The notes under the pieces: model-generated
Told to the model about the DNA's origin: nothing
The model's database searches: none
Seen by the model: the letters and a program-made list of their open reading frames with translations, nothing else
Position numbers and translations under genes: made by a program
Source of the DNA: Methylosinus sporium
GTDB taxonomy: Bacteria > Pseudomonadota > Alphaproteobacteria > Rhizobiales > Beijerinckiaceae
Assembly: GCF_044758975.1 (NCBI RefSeq)
Contig: NZ_CP172862.1
Reading direction: 5' to 3' (one strand)
DNA: 64,000 nt
Shown here: positions 40,697 through 50,878 of the stretch, one piece after another
How positions within the stretch are numbered: the first letter of the stretch is position 1
How the letters are laid out: every line of letters begins with the position of its first letter

Positions 40697-42214
40697 CTAG
40701 TAGGCGTTCTCGGTCTTCAGCAGCGCGATCGGCGTCAGCGCGAGAATATAGATATCGAGCAGGATCGACCAGTTCTCTATGTAGTAGAGATCGCATTCGA
40801 CGCGCTTCTGGATCTTCTCGGGCGTGTCGGTCTCGCCGCGCCAGCCATTGATCTGCGCCCAGCCGGTGAGGCCGGGCTTGACGCGATGGCGGGCGAAATA
40901 GCCGTCGACGACCTCGTCATAGAGATGCTCGGCGGCGCGCGCATGCATGGCGTGGGGGCGGGGGCCGACCAGCGACAGATTGCCCTGGAACACGACATTG
41001 AACAGCTGCGGCAGCTCGTCCAGCGAGGTCTTGCGGATGAAGCGGCCGACGCGGGTCACGCGCGGATCGCCCTTGGTGACGAGCTTGGCCGCGGCGGGAT
41101 CGAGCTTGTCCGCATACATGGAGCGGAATTTATAGACCTCGATCTTCTCATTGTTGAAGCCGTAGCGCGTCTGGCGGAACAGCACCGGGCCGCGCGAGTC
41201 GAGCTTGATGGCGAGCGCCACCGCCGCCATCACGGGCGCGAAGAGCAAAAGGCACAGTGCGCCGACGATCTTGTCGAAGGCGGATTTGATGAGCACGTCC
41301 CAATCGGCGATCGGCTTGTCGAAGACGTCGAGAACCGGAACATTGCCGATGTAGGAGTAAGAGCGCGGGCGAAAGCGCAGCTTATTGGTGTGCGCGGCGA
41401 GCCGAATGTCGATCGGCAGCACCCAGAGCTTGCGCAGCATTTGCAATAGGCGCGTCTCGGCCGAGATGGGCAGGGTGAAAATCACGAGATCGAGCCGCGT
41501 GTGCCGCGCGAATTCGACGAGATCGTCGATCGTGCCGAGCTTGGGATAGCCGGCGACGACATCCGGCGAGCGATCGTCGCGGCGATCGTCGAACACGCCC
41601 AATATGCGCAGATCGCTGTCCTGCTGCGAGGCGGCGAGCGCGCGCAACACGGGCTCGGCCGCCGGGCCGCCGCCCACGACGACAGTGCGACGGTCGAGCT
41701 TGCCCTGCTGCGTCAGCGAGCGCACCACGGCGGCGACGGCGAAGCGCTCCGCCGCCAGCACGGCGAGACCGCCCGCGTACCAGCCGAGCAGCCAGACGCG
41801 CGACAGAGCATTGTCGAGCTTCAGGAAGAAGATCGCCGCGAGCGCCGCGAGAAAGACGAGGGTCCAGCCGCCTGCGAGCTTGAGCCCCTGGCCGATGGGC
41901 GTGCGAAAAGCGGTGGGCGTGTAGAGATCGAGCGCCTGCCAGGCGACGACCGCGAGCAGCGCCATTCCGGGAATGACGATGAAATATTCGAAGCCATAGC
42001 CATAGCCCGGCGCGACATGCAGCCGATGCACGGCGAAGCCGGTCGCAGTGATCAGCGCGAATTCGAGGATGCGGACGAGGCCCGCCAGCACGACCGGCGA
42101 ATAGGCTGGAATCGGCCGCGCGTCGGCGGAGATTTCCGCCAGCCGCGAGGCGGCGCGACTATCGTCATTGGCCGGCGCGGCCGCTTTGATGTCGCGTAGG
42201 GCGAAAGCACACAT
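40697..42214 (-). CDS. Undecaprenyl-phosphate hexose-1-phosphate transferase (WbaP/ExoY-type priming phosphoglycosyltransferase)
   Basis: Five N-terminal TM helices and the C-terminal bacterial sugar-transferase domain ([22 protein letters not shown]...[12 protein letters not shown]). Confidence 0.85.
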   Translation of the reverse strand: MCAFALRDIKAAAPANDDSRAASRLAEISADARPIPAYSPVVLAGLVRILEFALITATGFAVHRLHVAPGYGYGFEYFIVIPGMALLAVVAWQALDLYTPTAFRTPIGQGLKLAGGWTLVFLAALAAIFFLKLDNALSRVWLLGWYAGGLAVLAAERFAVAAVVRSLTQQGKLDRRTVVVGGGPAAEPVLRALAASQQDSDLRILGVFDDRRDDRSPDVVAGYPKLGTIDDLVEFARHTRLDLVIFTLPISAETRLLQMLRKLWVLPIDIRLAAHTNKLRFRPRSYSYIGNVPVLDVFDKPIADWDVLIKSAFDKIVGALCLLLFAPVMAAVALAIKLDSRGPVLFRQTRYGFNNEKIEVYKFRSMYADKLDPAAAKLVTKGDPRVTRVGRFIRKTSLDELPQLFNVVFQGNLSLVGPRPHAMHARAAEHLYDEVVDGYFARHRVKPGLTGWAQINGWRGETDTPEKIQKRVECDLYYIENWSILLDIYILALTPIALLKTENAY

Positions 42215-42230
42215 GACGTCACTCCACTCA

Positions 42231-43459
42231 TCAGGCCCGCTGCGGCAGAACGGCCTCCGCGGCGCTGCGATGTCCGGCGGCCTCCAGCGCTTCGCGATAT
42301 CCGCGCAGCACGGCCTCGACCATTGCAGTCAAAGAGAAATTTTCTGCTACTCGTTCAGCGAGCTGGCCGGCGGCGCGCCTCCGCGCCTCCTCGTTCATGC
42401 CGCTCGCGGCGATCATCGCGCGCGCCAGCGCCGCCGGATCGTCGCTCTCGACGAGACGATTCGCGTGCTCGCCGAAAATCTCTGGAATGCCGCCGACATT
42501 GGTGGCGATCAGCGGCGTGCGCGCGGCGATGGCTTCGAGCACGATATAGGGAAGCGACTCGGCCCGGCTCGGCACCACCAATATGCGCCCCAGCCGCAGC
42601 GCCTCGCGCGCCGGCATGGGCGGCGCGAAGGAGAGACGCTCGCTCACGCCGAGCCTCTCGGCGCAGGCGCGCAGAGCCGCTTCGTCCGGCCCGGAGCCGA
42701 CGAGGGCGAGCCGCGGCGCTTCGCCGGTCGCGTCGCGAATGAGCGACAGCGCCTCGATCAGCGTGTCCACGCCTTTGAAGCGGCGCCATTCGCCGACATA
42801 GAGAAAATCCGCCGCTCCGGCGATTGGGGTGATCGGCTCGAGCTCCTCCGGCCGCAGCCCATTGGGCACGACGCGAGTCGCCGCGCGGGAGAAGCCGATC
42901 GCTCTCGCGAAGCGCTCTTGCGCATAGGCGCTCTCGAAAGGAATGAAATCGGTGACGCGCTCCAGCGCCTTCTCCACCGAGAGATAGAGACGATTGACGA
43001 GCGCGTCGGGATCGTAATGGAGGCTGCCGCCATGCGGCGTGTAGACGCGAATATGCGGATGCGGCAGCGTCGGAAACAAGGGCAGCAGCGCCGGCAGGCG
43101 CGCATAGAGCCCGCCTTTGGCGCCGTGGCCATGCACGACATCGGGCGCGAGCCGCTTGAGCGCCATGGCGATGCGAAAGGCGACGATCGGATCGCTCCAG
43201 CTCGGCAGCCGGCGCATGCACAGACGCGTGACGCCGAGCTCAGCGAGGGCTCGAGCATTCGCAGCGTCGCCTCCGCGCGCTCGCCGCCGGTGGAGGAATC
43301 GGCGATGACGCCGACCGCATGTCCGCGCGCCGCCTGGGCGCCGGCGAGATCGACGACATGACGAAAGAGCCCGCCGATCGGCGCGCGCATCACATGCACG
43401 ATGCGCAGCCGTCCGGGGCTCTCGTCGTCGCTCGTCTGGCTCTGCCGGTTCTCGCGCAT
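42231..43459 (-). pseudogene. Glycosyltransferase family 1 gene interrupted by a frameshift
   Basis: The N-terminal GT4 domain (RIVHVMRAPIGGLFRHVVDLAGAQAARGHAVGVIADSSTGG) is in the frame ending at 43459. The rest (…LAPDVVHGHGAKGG…VVPSRAESLPYIVLEAIAARTPLIATNVGGIPEIF…) is in the frame 42231..43217. The two frames differ by 1 nt with the switch near 43220-43290. Confidence 0.6.
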
Positions 43460-43467
43460 CTTTCTTC

Positions 43468-44034
43468 TTAGAAAATCCGTTCGCGAACAGTGATCGTGTC
43501 TCCTGGCCGGACCGCCTGCAGCAAAGGCACGCGGCCGGTGACTGGAACGCCGCCGTAGTCGCGCGTCAAATCGACCTCGCCTTGATAGCCGCGCGGGTTG
43601 AAGCCGCCGGCTATGGCGATCGCCTTCTGCACGGTGAGACCCTCGACGAAAGGATATTGTCCGGCGCTCATCACTTCTCCGAGCACGAAGAAGGGACGAT
43701 ACGCCTCGACTTCCACCGAGACGCGAGGATCGCGGACGAATCCGTTGCGCAAACGTGCGGCGATTTCATGTTGCAGCGCCTGGGTCGTGAGGCCGGCCGC
43801 CGGAACGATGCCGATGAGCGGCATCGAAATATGGCCGGAGCCGTCGACCGTGTAGCTGTTGGAGATCGCATCCTGGCCGAAGACGATCACGCGAAGCCGA
43901 TCGCCTGCCGCGAGCGTGTAGGGCTCCTCGGTCGAGGAGGTCAAAAGCTCTGGAACATAGGCGCCCGGCAGGGCGCATCCCGACAATGTCGCGCACATCA
44001 TCAGCCAGAACAGGAGAAAGCCATATCTCGGCAT
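43468..44034 (-). CDS. Polysaccharide export lipoprotein (short Wza/ExoF-like, Poly_export + SLBB)
   Basis: Lipobox CATLSGC, poly-export motif LAAGDRLRVIVFG, SLBB-like C-terminus. Confidence 0.8.
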   Translation of the reverse strand: MPRYGFLLFWLMMCATLSGCALPGAYVPELLTSSTEEPYTLAAGDRLRVIVFGQDAISNSYTVDGSGHISMPLIGIVPAAGLTTQALQHEIAARLRNGFVRDPRVSVEVEAYRPFFVLGEVMSAGQYPFVEGLTVQKAIAIAGGFNPRGYQGEVDLTRDYGGVPVTGRVPLLQAVRPGDTITVRERIF

Positions 44035-44223
44035 TTAGAATCTCGGGCTCGAGGAACAGCTAAAGAACGTGTCCCGGGGAAATTTTTTAACGGTTCATGG
44101 TTAACAAAGCCTGATCGCCGCGGGCCGCTTCGTCGCCTCTCGAATGGCGCCGTCTCGCCGCGGTTAACCCCGCGGAAACCATAATCTCGGTACAAGGTCC
44201 GAGCGCCAATTGGAGTTCGCGAG
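44035..44223. promoter_or_regulatory. Divergent promoter region of the EPS locus with repeated GGTTAAC-containing sites
   Basis: TTAACGGTTCATGGTTAAC (44087-44105) and CGGTTAACCCCGCGGAAACCATAATC (~44161-44186) between the divergently transcribed export-lipoprotein and exoP-like genes. Confidence 0.35.
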
Positions 44224-46479
44224 ATGAGTTTCGGCCACCCTCACGATGACGCGGGGAGCCCCCGGGGCGAGACGGGACGCGCGATTTCGCGCGAGGTCCC
44301 GCAGACAGACGTCTCGACCGGCGAGATCGATCTCGGGCAGATCGCCGGCGCCTTGTCGCGCCGCCGCCGCATCGTGATCGGCGTGACGCTCGCCGCTTTT
44401 CTCGGCTCGCTCGTCTTCGTCAATGTCGTCAAGCCGCGCTACACGGCCGAGGCGCGCGTGCTGCTCGAGAATCAAGAGAGCTATCTGACCCGCGCCGACA
44501 AGGAGCGCTCCGACCCCACCGCGGCGCCCGACGCCGAAGCCGTGCAGAGCCAGATTCAAATGCTCACCTCGCGCGATCTCGCGCGGCGCGTGCTGAAATC
44601 GCTCGATCTGCAAGGCAATTCCGAATTCGATCCGATCGCCAACGGTCTCGGGCTCGGCACGAAGATCGGCGTGATGCTGGGACTGACGCGCGATCCTTCC
44701 AAGCTCGCGCCGGAAGAGCGCATGCTGGACGCCTATTTCGACAAGCTGCTCGTGCTGTCTCCGACCAAGACGCGCGTGCTGCAGATCGAATTTTCCGCGC
44801 GCGATCCCGATCTCGCGGCGCGCGCCGCCAACGCTATCGCTTCCTTCTATATAGACATTCAGCGTGAGGCGAAGCGCGAGAACGCTCGCGACGCCGCGCA
44901 ATCGCTGAGTCCGCTGGTCGCCGATCTGCGCGAGCGGCTCGGCCGGGCCGAGGCCAAGGTGGAGGCCTTCCGCTCGCGTTCCGGCCTCTTCGCCGGCACG
45001 AATAATATGACGATCGCCACGCAGCAGCTCGGCGACCTCACCAATCAGCTCTCCATTTCGCGCACGGCGCAGGCCGACGCCGAGGCGAAAGCGAAGCTGG
45101 TGCGCGACATGCTGCGGCAAAATCGCGTGGGAGAAATTCCCGACGTCGCCAATAATGAGATGATCCGCCGCATCGGCGAGCAGCGCGTGTCGCTGCGCGC
45201 TCAGCTCGCGCTCGAATCGCGCACGCTGCTGCCCGGCCATCCGCGCATAAAGGAGCTGCAGGCGCAGCTCGCCGATCTCGACGCCGATTGGCGCCGCGCC
45301 GCCGAGCGCACCGCGCGCACATTGGAGAATGAGGCGCATATCGCCTCCTCCCGCGTCGAGAATCTCTCTCGCGCCATGGACGAGCAGAAGCGCGTCGCCG
45401 GCGCCGCGGGCGCGGATGAGGTGCAGCTACGTGAGCTCGAGCGCGCCGCGCGCGTGCTCAAGGATCAGCTCGAGGCGGATTCGGCCAAATATCAGGAAGC
45501 GCTGGCGCGCGAGGGTCCGAAGGCTTCGCCCGCCGACGCGCGCGTCATTCAGCGCGCCGTCGCGCCGCCGATTCCCTCCTTCCCGAAAAAGGTTCCGATC
45601 ACCGCCTTTGCGACGATCGCCGCTTTTGTTCTCTCCGCGGGATCGATCGTCGCGATCGAGCTGCTGAGCGGCCGCGCGCGCGCTACGGCGCCGCTTCCGG
45701 TTCCGCGCCTCGAGGAGCGCGACGACGCGGAGCTGGAGGCGCCGCCCAAGGCGCGCATCGCCGCCGATCGGCGCGAGCCGACCTTTGTGGAGCCCGAAGA
45801 AGAAGAGGAGCAGGCGCCGCCTCCGAAGATGGCGAGCCTCGCCGCCGAGCCGCGGACGCGCCTGTCGCCCTCGCGCACGCCCAAGCTCGAAAGCAGATCG
45901 ACGCGCGCCTATCGATCGAGCGTCGTCGGAAAGATCGACGCGGCGCGCATGGCGACGCTCTCGGTGAAAGTTCTGCTGGTCGGCTGCGCCGACGCCGAGC
46001 ATAGTTTCGACAGCGCGGTGACATTGTCGCGCGCGCTGGCGCGGCGCGGCCTCGCCATTATCGTCGCCGCCGATGCGCAGGAGCGCGGCGAGCTCTATGA
46101 TCGGCTGATCCCCGATGTCGATCGCGCCCGGCCGCTCGGCCTCGCCGATCTTTCGAGCGGCGCCGCGACCTTCGCCGAGGCCATTCATCGCGACGCGGAT
46201 TCGCGTTTGCATGTGATGCCGGGCGGCCGCGCCGCGGCGGAATATGATCAGGACGCCGAGCCCGTGCTGGAAGCGCTGGCGCAGACCTATGATTTCATCG
46301 TCTTCGCCACGCGCGATTATGATCGCGCCATGTTCCTCGCGCCGTCCTTCGACATCGTTCTGGTGAGCGGCTCCGAGCGCGCGGCCGAGGCGGTCATCGA
46401 CGAGCTGGCGCAAGCGGGCGTCAGCGACGCCTTCCTGCTCGAGGACGAGACCGCTCCCGCCGACGCTTCGGCCGCGTAA
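44224..46479 (+). CDS. Polysaccharide co-polymerase / chain-length determinant protein (ExoP/Wzc/GumC family) with a degenerate C-terminal ATPase domain
   Basis: Wzz-like N-terminal region (TM + KPRYTAEARVLLENQESYL), long periplasmic coiled-coil, second TM. The C-terminal CpsD/Wzc-like fold lacks a canonical Walker A (VKVLLVGCADAEHSFDSAVTL). Confidence 0.8.
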   Translation: MSFGHPHDDAGSPRGETGRAISREVPQTDVSTGEIDLGQIAGALSRRRRIVIGVTLAAFLGSLVFVNVVKPRYTAEARVLLENQESYLTRADKERSDPTAAPDAEAVQSQIQMLTSRDLARRVLKSLDLQGNSEFDPIANGLGLGTKIGVMLGLTRDPSKLAPEERMLDAYFDKLLVLSPTKTRVLQIEFSARDPDLAARAANAIASFYIDIQREAKRENARDAAQSLSPLVADLRERLGRAEAKVEAFRSRSGLFAGTNNMTIATQQLGDLTNQLSISRTAQADAEAKAKLVRDMLRQNRVGEIPDVANNEMIRRIGEQRVSLRAQLALESRTLLPGHPRIKELQAQLADLDADWRRAAERTARTLENEAHIASSRVENLSRAMDEQKRVAGAAGADEVQLRELERAARVLKDQLEADSAKYQEALAREGPKASPADARVIQRAVAPPIPSFPKKVPITAFATIAAFVLSAGSIVAIELLSGRARATAPLPVPRLEERDDAELEAPPKARIAADRREPTFVEPEEEEEQAPPPKMASLAAEPRTRLSPSRTPKLESRSTRAYRSSVVGKIDAARMATLSVKVLLVGCADAEHSFDSAVTLSRALARRGLAIIVAADAQERGELYDRLIPDVDRARPLGLADLSSGAATFAEAIHRDADSRLHVMPGGRAAAEYDQDAEPVLEALAQTYDFIVFATRDYDRAMFLAPSFDIVLVSGSERAAEAVIDELAQAGVSDAFLLEDETAPADASAA

Positions 46480-46481
46480 AG

Positions 46482-47648
46482 TCAGCGCGCGAGTCGGCGC
46501 AGCTCGGTGAGCTTGGCGAGAAGACGCGGATTCTGCTTCACCGCGCGCTTGGCGCGGGTGAGCGCGGACAGCACGGGCGCCGCGAGCGCGCCGAGCGTTG
46601 TCGCCGGAATGAGCGTGTCGACGAGCGCGATCGTCTCGTCGCAGACGGCGTTCTTGTAGCGCGCCTCGCCGACGCCGAGATCGAAGCGCGTGACGCCGCG
46701 TGAGAGAAGATCGCGCAGCAGCGAATGCAGCAGCAGATCGCCGGGCGAGGAGCGCGCGATCTCCTCATCCGCCACGAAGGAATTGAGCATCGCCGAAAAG
46801 CGCCCGCGATGGGTGAAGCCCGCATAGGTCGCGATGATGCGCGCGTTCAGCGTCAGCGCATGGACCTCGAGCGCGCCGCCGCAGAGGCCGAGCACGAAAT
46901 CGCGCATGGCGCCGCTCGCAAAGGAGGGATCCTGCAAGCGCTCGGCCTTTTGCGCGAGCAGCGCCTCGAGAATTTCTGTCGCGCGCGCGCCCGTCGCGCC
47001 ATGCTCGAAGACGAGCGCGCCCATTTTCTCGAGCCGCGCCTGCTTCTTGCGCAGCTTCTTGCGCGTATCGGCGGAGAAGCGCGCGTCGAGCTCGCTCGCT
47101 GTCGCAGGAAGGCTCGTCCCATAGGCGAAGCTCGGGCTCGCGCTCGAGCCGGGCAGGGCGAGCGGATTGGCGACGCCCTCGAAAGTCTGCGGCTGATTGG
47201 CGAGGCGATAGAGATCGACGCCGCCGGCGCGCGCGGCGCGGCGCAGCAGAGCGCGAAGCGCGGCGGCGTCGAGACGCGCATCGGCGGCGAAGAGGCCGAG
47301 ATTGAAATTGCTCTCCTTGCCGCCGAGAAATTGCGCGATCCGCAGCGGGCCGAGACGCGATGTCGCCAGCGCGAGCAGTGCGAGAGGGCGCGCGTTCTCG
47401 CCATGCCTCGCGACGACGATCATCGGCGTGAGGCCGCGCGCGCGTCCGAATGTCTCGAACCAATCGCGCGCGAATCCGAAAGATTGATAGGCGCTGGCCG
47501 GCGCATTGGCGAACAGAACCTCCCAATCAGCGCGCGCCGCCTCGAAGGAGGCGAAGACGTCGAGCGAGATTGCGTCCACGGACGTCTCTGGTCGCGACAG
47601 ATCCATGAGGCTTTCTTCTGTGAGATTCTCTGCCCTTGCATTAACCAT
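46482..47648 (-). CDS. GNAT-fold acyltransferase of the CelD/BioF2-like (Acetyltransf_6) family
   Basis: ~390 aa with a C-terminal GNAT-like block (VHALTLNARIIATYAGFTHRGRFSAMLNSF). Common in EPS/cellulose loci. Confidence 0.55.
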   Translation of the reverse strand: MVNARAENLTEESLMDLSRPETSVDAISLDVFASFEAARADWEVLFANAPASAYQSFGFARDWFETFGRARGLTPMIVVARHGENARPLALLALATSRLGPLRIAQFLGGKESNFNLGLFAADARLDAAALRALLRRAARAGGVDLYRLANQPQTFEGVANPLALPGSSASPSFAYGTSLPATASELDARFSADTRKKLRKKQARLEKMGALVFEHGATGARATEILEALLAQKAERLQDPSFASGAMRDFVLGLCGGALEVHALTLNARIIATYAGFTHRGRFSAMLNSFVADEEIARSSPGDLLLHSLLRDLLSRGVTRFDLGVGEARYKNAVCDETIALVDTLIPATTLGALAAPVLSALTRAKRAVKQNPRLLAKLTELRRLAR

Positions 47649-47761
47649 ATCGTCGCCGCATTGCTGATGTTTGCGCTTCTTCGCGACACTAGCAAGGAAA
47701 GGTCAACGAGACCTCGAGATGGTGGGCGCAGAAAAAGAAATGCGCGGGGAGGCGCGGGGTT

Positions 47762-48817
47762 GTGACGAAATGGCGTCGAATGGCCATAGAGGCGGGCATG
47801 GAGTTCTTCCGCGCGAGCGGCGTGCACCGTCTGGCCGAGCCTTATACGCGCGGGCTGGGCGCGATATTGATGTTCCATCGCGTGCGTCCGCGGCTCGAGC
47901 AGGCCTTCGAGCCCAATCAGCCGCTCGAGATCACGCCGGAGTTTTTGAACGCGCTGATCGCGCGGCTGCGTCAGCGCGGCGTCGAGATCGTCTCGCTGGA
48001 GACCGCGCTCGCGCGGCTGCGCGCCGGCGAGGCCGGGACGCCCTTCGCGGTCCTCACCTTCGACGACGGCTATCGCGATTTTGTCGAGCATGCGCTGCCG
48101 GCGCTGGAGCGCCACAATGCGCCATTCACGCTCTATCTCACCGCAGGTTACGCCGACGCTTCGGCGCGGCTGTGGTGGGTGGAGCTGGAGGAGGCGATCC
48201 GGCGCCTCGATCGTCTCGACGTCATCGCCGGCGGCAAGCACATTTGCTGCGCGGCGGCGACGGCGGCGCAAAAGCGCGTCGCATTCGCCGAGGTCTATGC
48301 GCAGCTGCGCGCCGGCGACGAGGCGGAGCTGTTGCGCGTCGTCACCGCTCTCTCCGCCGAGGCGCGGATCGAGCCTCACGCGCTCACGCGGCGTCTTTGT
48401 CTCGGATGGAGCGAGCTGCGCGCGCTGGCCGATCACCCGCTGGCGACGATCGGCGCGCATTCGGTGACGCATGCGCGATTGGCCAAGGTGGATTGCGCGG
48501 CCGCCATCTATGAGATGGCCGAGAGCCGGCTGCGTCTAGAGTCCGAGCTGCAACGGCCGGTCCCGCATTTTTGCTATCCGGTCGGCGACCCGACCTCGGC
48601 GGCGCGACGGGAATTCGAGCTGGCGGCTCGGCTCGGCTTCGCCAGCGCCGTGACGACGCGTGCGGGCATGATCTTTCCCGAGCATCGCGAGCGTCTCATG
48701 TCGCTGCCGCGGCTCTCGGTGAATGGGCGTCATCAGTCGCTCGCCGCGCTGGACATTCTCCTGTCCGGCGCGCCTTTCGTTCTGATGAACGGAGGCCGCC
48801 GCGTGGCGGCGGCCTGA
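47762..48817 (+). CDS. Polysaccharide deacetylase (NodB-homology, carbohydrate esterase 4)
   Basis: LTFDDGYRDFVEHALPALERHNAPFTLYLTAGY contains the NodB TFDDG motif. Confidence 0.8.
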   Translation: MTKWRRMAIEAGMEFFRASGVHRLAEPYTRGLGAILMFHRVRPRLEQAFEPNQPLEITPEFLNALIARLRQRGVEIVSLETALARLRAGEAGTPFAVLTFDDGYRDFVEHALPALERHNAPFTLYLTAGYADASARLWWVELEEAIRRLDRLDVIAGGKHICCAAATAAQKRVAFAEVYAQLRAGDEAELLRVVTALSAEARIEPHALTRRLCLGWSELRALADHPLATIGAHSVTHARLAKVDCAAAIYEMAESRLRLESELQRPVPHFCYPVGDPTSAARREFELAARLGFASAVTTRAGMIFPEHRERLMSLPRLSVNGRHQSLAALDILLSGAPFVLMNGGRRVAAA

Positions 48818-48848
48818 TCCAGCTTTATCCAGTCAGTCCAATATTCAA

Positions 48849-49295
48849 TCAGGCGAAGCCGAGACGCTGCGTGAAGCTGCGCCACAGCTCGCCGAGCGAT
48901 TTCTTCTCCGCGACGGAACGGGCGCGAGCGGCGACGGCGCCGGGCGTGATCGCGCCGGAATAATTGCAATCGCAGAAAATGTGATGCGCCTCGCGCATGG
49001 AGAGCTGGAAAAAGTCGATCGCATCGCCGAGCTTGTCGCCCTTCAGGCCTTCCTCGCGAAACGCGGCGTCGCGAAAGGCGATCGACAAGGGCGACTCGTC
49101 CTGGCGCAGCTTCACGCGTTCCTTCACCGGCACATATTCCATCATCGAGAAAAGACGGATGCGCCCGACATGCGCTTCGATGAGAGCCGCGAGCCGCTCC
49201 AGGCGCGCGCGACGCAGCGACGCCTGGTCGCGCTTCGCCTCGATCGGCTCGACGCCCGCGAGCTTGGTTATTTCTTCGAGAGTCCGGTATTTCAT
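48849..49295 (-). CDS. Hypothetical protein (148 aa)
   Basis: Start MKYRTLEEITKLAG (M23 of the ORF). No recognisable domain. Confidence 0.4.
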   Translation of the reverse strand: MKYRTLEEITKLAGVEPIEAKRDQASLRRARLERLAALIEAHVGRIRLFSMMEYVPVKERVKLRQDESPLSIAFRDAAFREEGLKGDKLGDAIDFFQLSMREAHHIFCDCNYSGAITPGAVAARARSVAEKKSLGELWRSFTQRLGFA

Positions 49296-49467
49296 CACGC
49301 CCTCCGTCGCCAATGGGGCCTTTCGCCCGACAAAACAAATCCCCGACTCGACTGAACACATTCGACGAAGATTGGTTCCGGCGGCTTTCCGCGGTCGGCG
49401 CCGGCACGGCGACGCTCGCGTCGACGGGCGCGATCGTCGCTCTTGCCGGCTCGGACAGCGCGACTAG

Positions 49468-50211
49468 ATGCTTCGCGGGGTTGCAGGACGGGCTGCAGGA
49501 ACGGAGATCCTCATGTCCATGACCTTCCGAGAGGCGACAGCGCAAGAAAACGCCGCAGTCTATGGCGGTCTCGTCGATGCGGTGGGAGGCATCGCAACGA
49601 TCGTCCTCGCCGTGTGCGGGCTCGCCGGAATCAATCCACCGCTCATGGCGGGCATAGCGACGATCGTGTTCGGCGTCGCTCTGCTCATTCAAGGCGGCGC
49701 GATGCTGTCGGAATATGCGCAGATCATTTTTCCCGCGGGCGCGAAGGCTGCGAATTTCGAGCATTTCGGAGGCGGCAGCCTCTCGGCCGTCTTCCTCGTG
49801 GGAGCGGCGGGAATTGTGCTCGGCGTTCTCTCGCTGCTCGGCATCAATTCCGGCGTGCTGACTCCGATCGCGACCATCGCTTTCGGCACGGCGCTCGTGC
49901 TCAGCAGCAACGCCGTGTGGCATCTCTACACGCTGCGTCATGCGCAGGCGAAGAGCGAAGCCGCGCAATCGCAGAATGTCGGCGGCGAGTTTCTGGCGAG
50001 CGAGATGGCCTCTGGCTCGGCGGGCATTCAGGCGCTGGCGGGCTTGGCTGCGATCGTGCTCGGCGTTCTCGCCGTCGCGGGCAACAGCAATGATCTCGTG
50101 CTCAATCTCGTCGCGCTGCTGGCGCTCGGCGCGACCGTCGTGCTCACCGGCAGCACGCTGAGCGCGACGGTGTTGAGCTTCATGCGTCCGTGGTCGTCGT
50201 CGCAATCCTGA
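49468..50211 (+). CDS. Internally repetitive membrane protein, HdeD/DUF308-like
   Basis: Six tandem ~23-aa hydrophobic repeats of type G-IATIVLGVL-LLG-N (GIATIVLAVCGLAG, GIATIVFGVALLIQG, GAAGIVLGVLSLLGIN, PIATIAFGTALVLSS, GLAAIVLGVLAVAGNS, LVALLALGATVVLTGS). The real start is probably M16/M18 (49513/49519). Confidence 0.55.
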   Translation: MLRGVAGRAAGTEILMSMTFREATAQENAAVYGGLVDAVGGIATIVLAVCGLAGINPPLMAGIATIVFGVALLIQGGAMLSEYAQIIFPAGAKAANFEHFGGGSLSAVFLVGAAGIVLGVLSLLGINSGVLTPIATIAFGTALVLSSNAVWHLYTLRHAQAKSEAAQSQNVGGEFLASEMASGSAGIQALAGLAAIVLGVLAVAGNSNDLVLNLVALLALGATVVLTGSTLSATVLSFMRPWSSSQS

Positions 50212-50289
50212 TCGGGCCGCTCGTCTCTCGGAGCCGTGACGAAAACGGCTCCGGGGGTCGTCGAGCGCGCGAGCGAGTCGCGCCGCGCT

Positions 50290-50766
50290 TCAGCGCGGCG
50301 TCTGATCCTGCGACTCGCCGTCCGACGGCGTGTCGAAGAGATGCAGAAAGGCGCTCTTGTCGGCGCGCAGCTTGCGCAAATGCACGAAAGCGAGCTGCGC
50401 CAGCCGACGGTCGCCGAGCGTCGTCAGCACGATGAGCGATCGGCGGCGATCGAGCGGATCGCTCTTGCGCTTGACGAGCTTGGCTTGCTCGAGGCGCGAG
50501 ACCAGCTCCGCGGCGCTGTGATCGCGGATCAGCAGCTGCTCGGCGAGCTCGCCGACGCTGATATGCGCCCCGGCGCGAAAGGTCTTGATGGCGAGCAGCG
50601 CCTGATAGCGCTGCATGGTGAGGCCGACATCGGCGGCGGCCTGCTCGCTGAAGGCGAGGAATTGCCGCAGTGCGTAGCGGAAATCGGCGAGCGCGCGAAG
50701 CTCCTCGTCGGAGGGGCGGCCGGCGTCATCGCTTTCCTGAGGTCGGCTCTCGAGCGCCGTCGACAT
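50290..50766 (-). CDS. MarR-family transcriptional regulator
   Basis: Winged-helix core with DPLDRRRSLIVLTTLG wing motif. Confidence 0.8.
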   Translation of the reverse strand: MSTALESRPQESDDAGRPSDEELRALADFRYALRQFLAFSEQAAADVGLTMQRYQALLAIKTFRAGAHISVGELAEQLLIRDHSAAELVSRLEQAKLVKRKSDPLDRRRSLIVLTTLGDRRLAQLAFVHLRKLRADKSAFLHLFDTPSDGESQDQTPR

Positions 50767-50878
50767 TTTTCTCGTTCTCCTCGGATTCGCTGCCCGCGAT
50801 CTTCGGCCAAGCGCCCATGATGGCCTTCGCCCCGCGCGGGGTCAAGCGCCGACGCCGCGGCGCAATGGAAGCGCGCTC

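Noticed and set aside
42355-43221. Third-frame 288-aa ORF over the frameshifted GT1 gene
   Set aside because: Arg-rich translation. The two other frames carry the recognisable GT4 halves.
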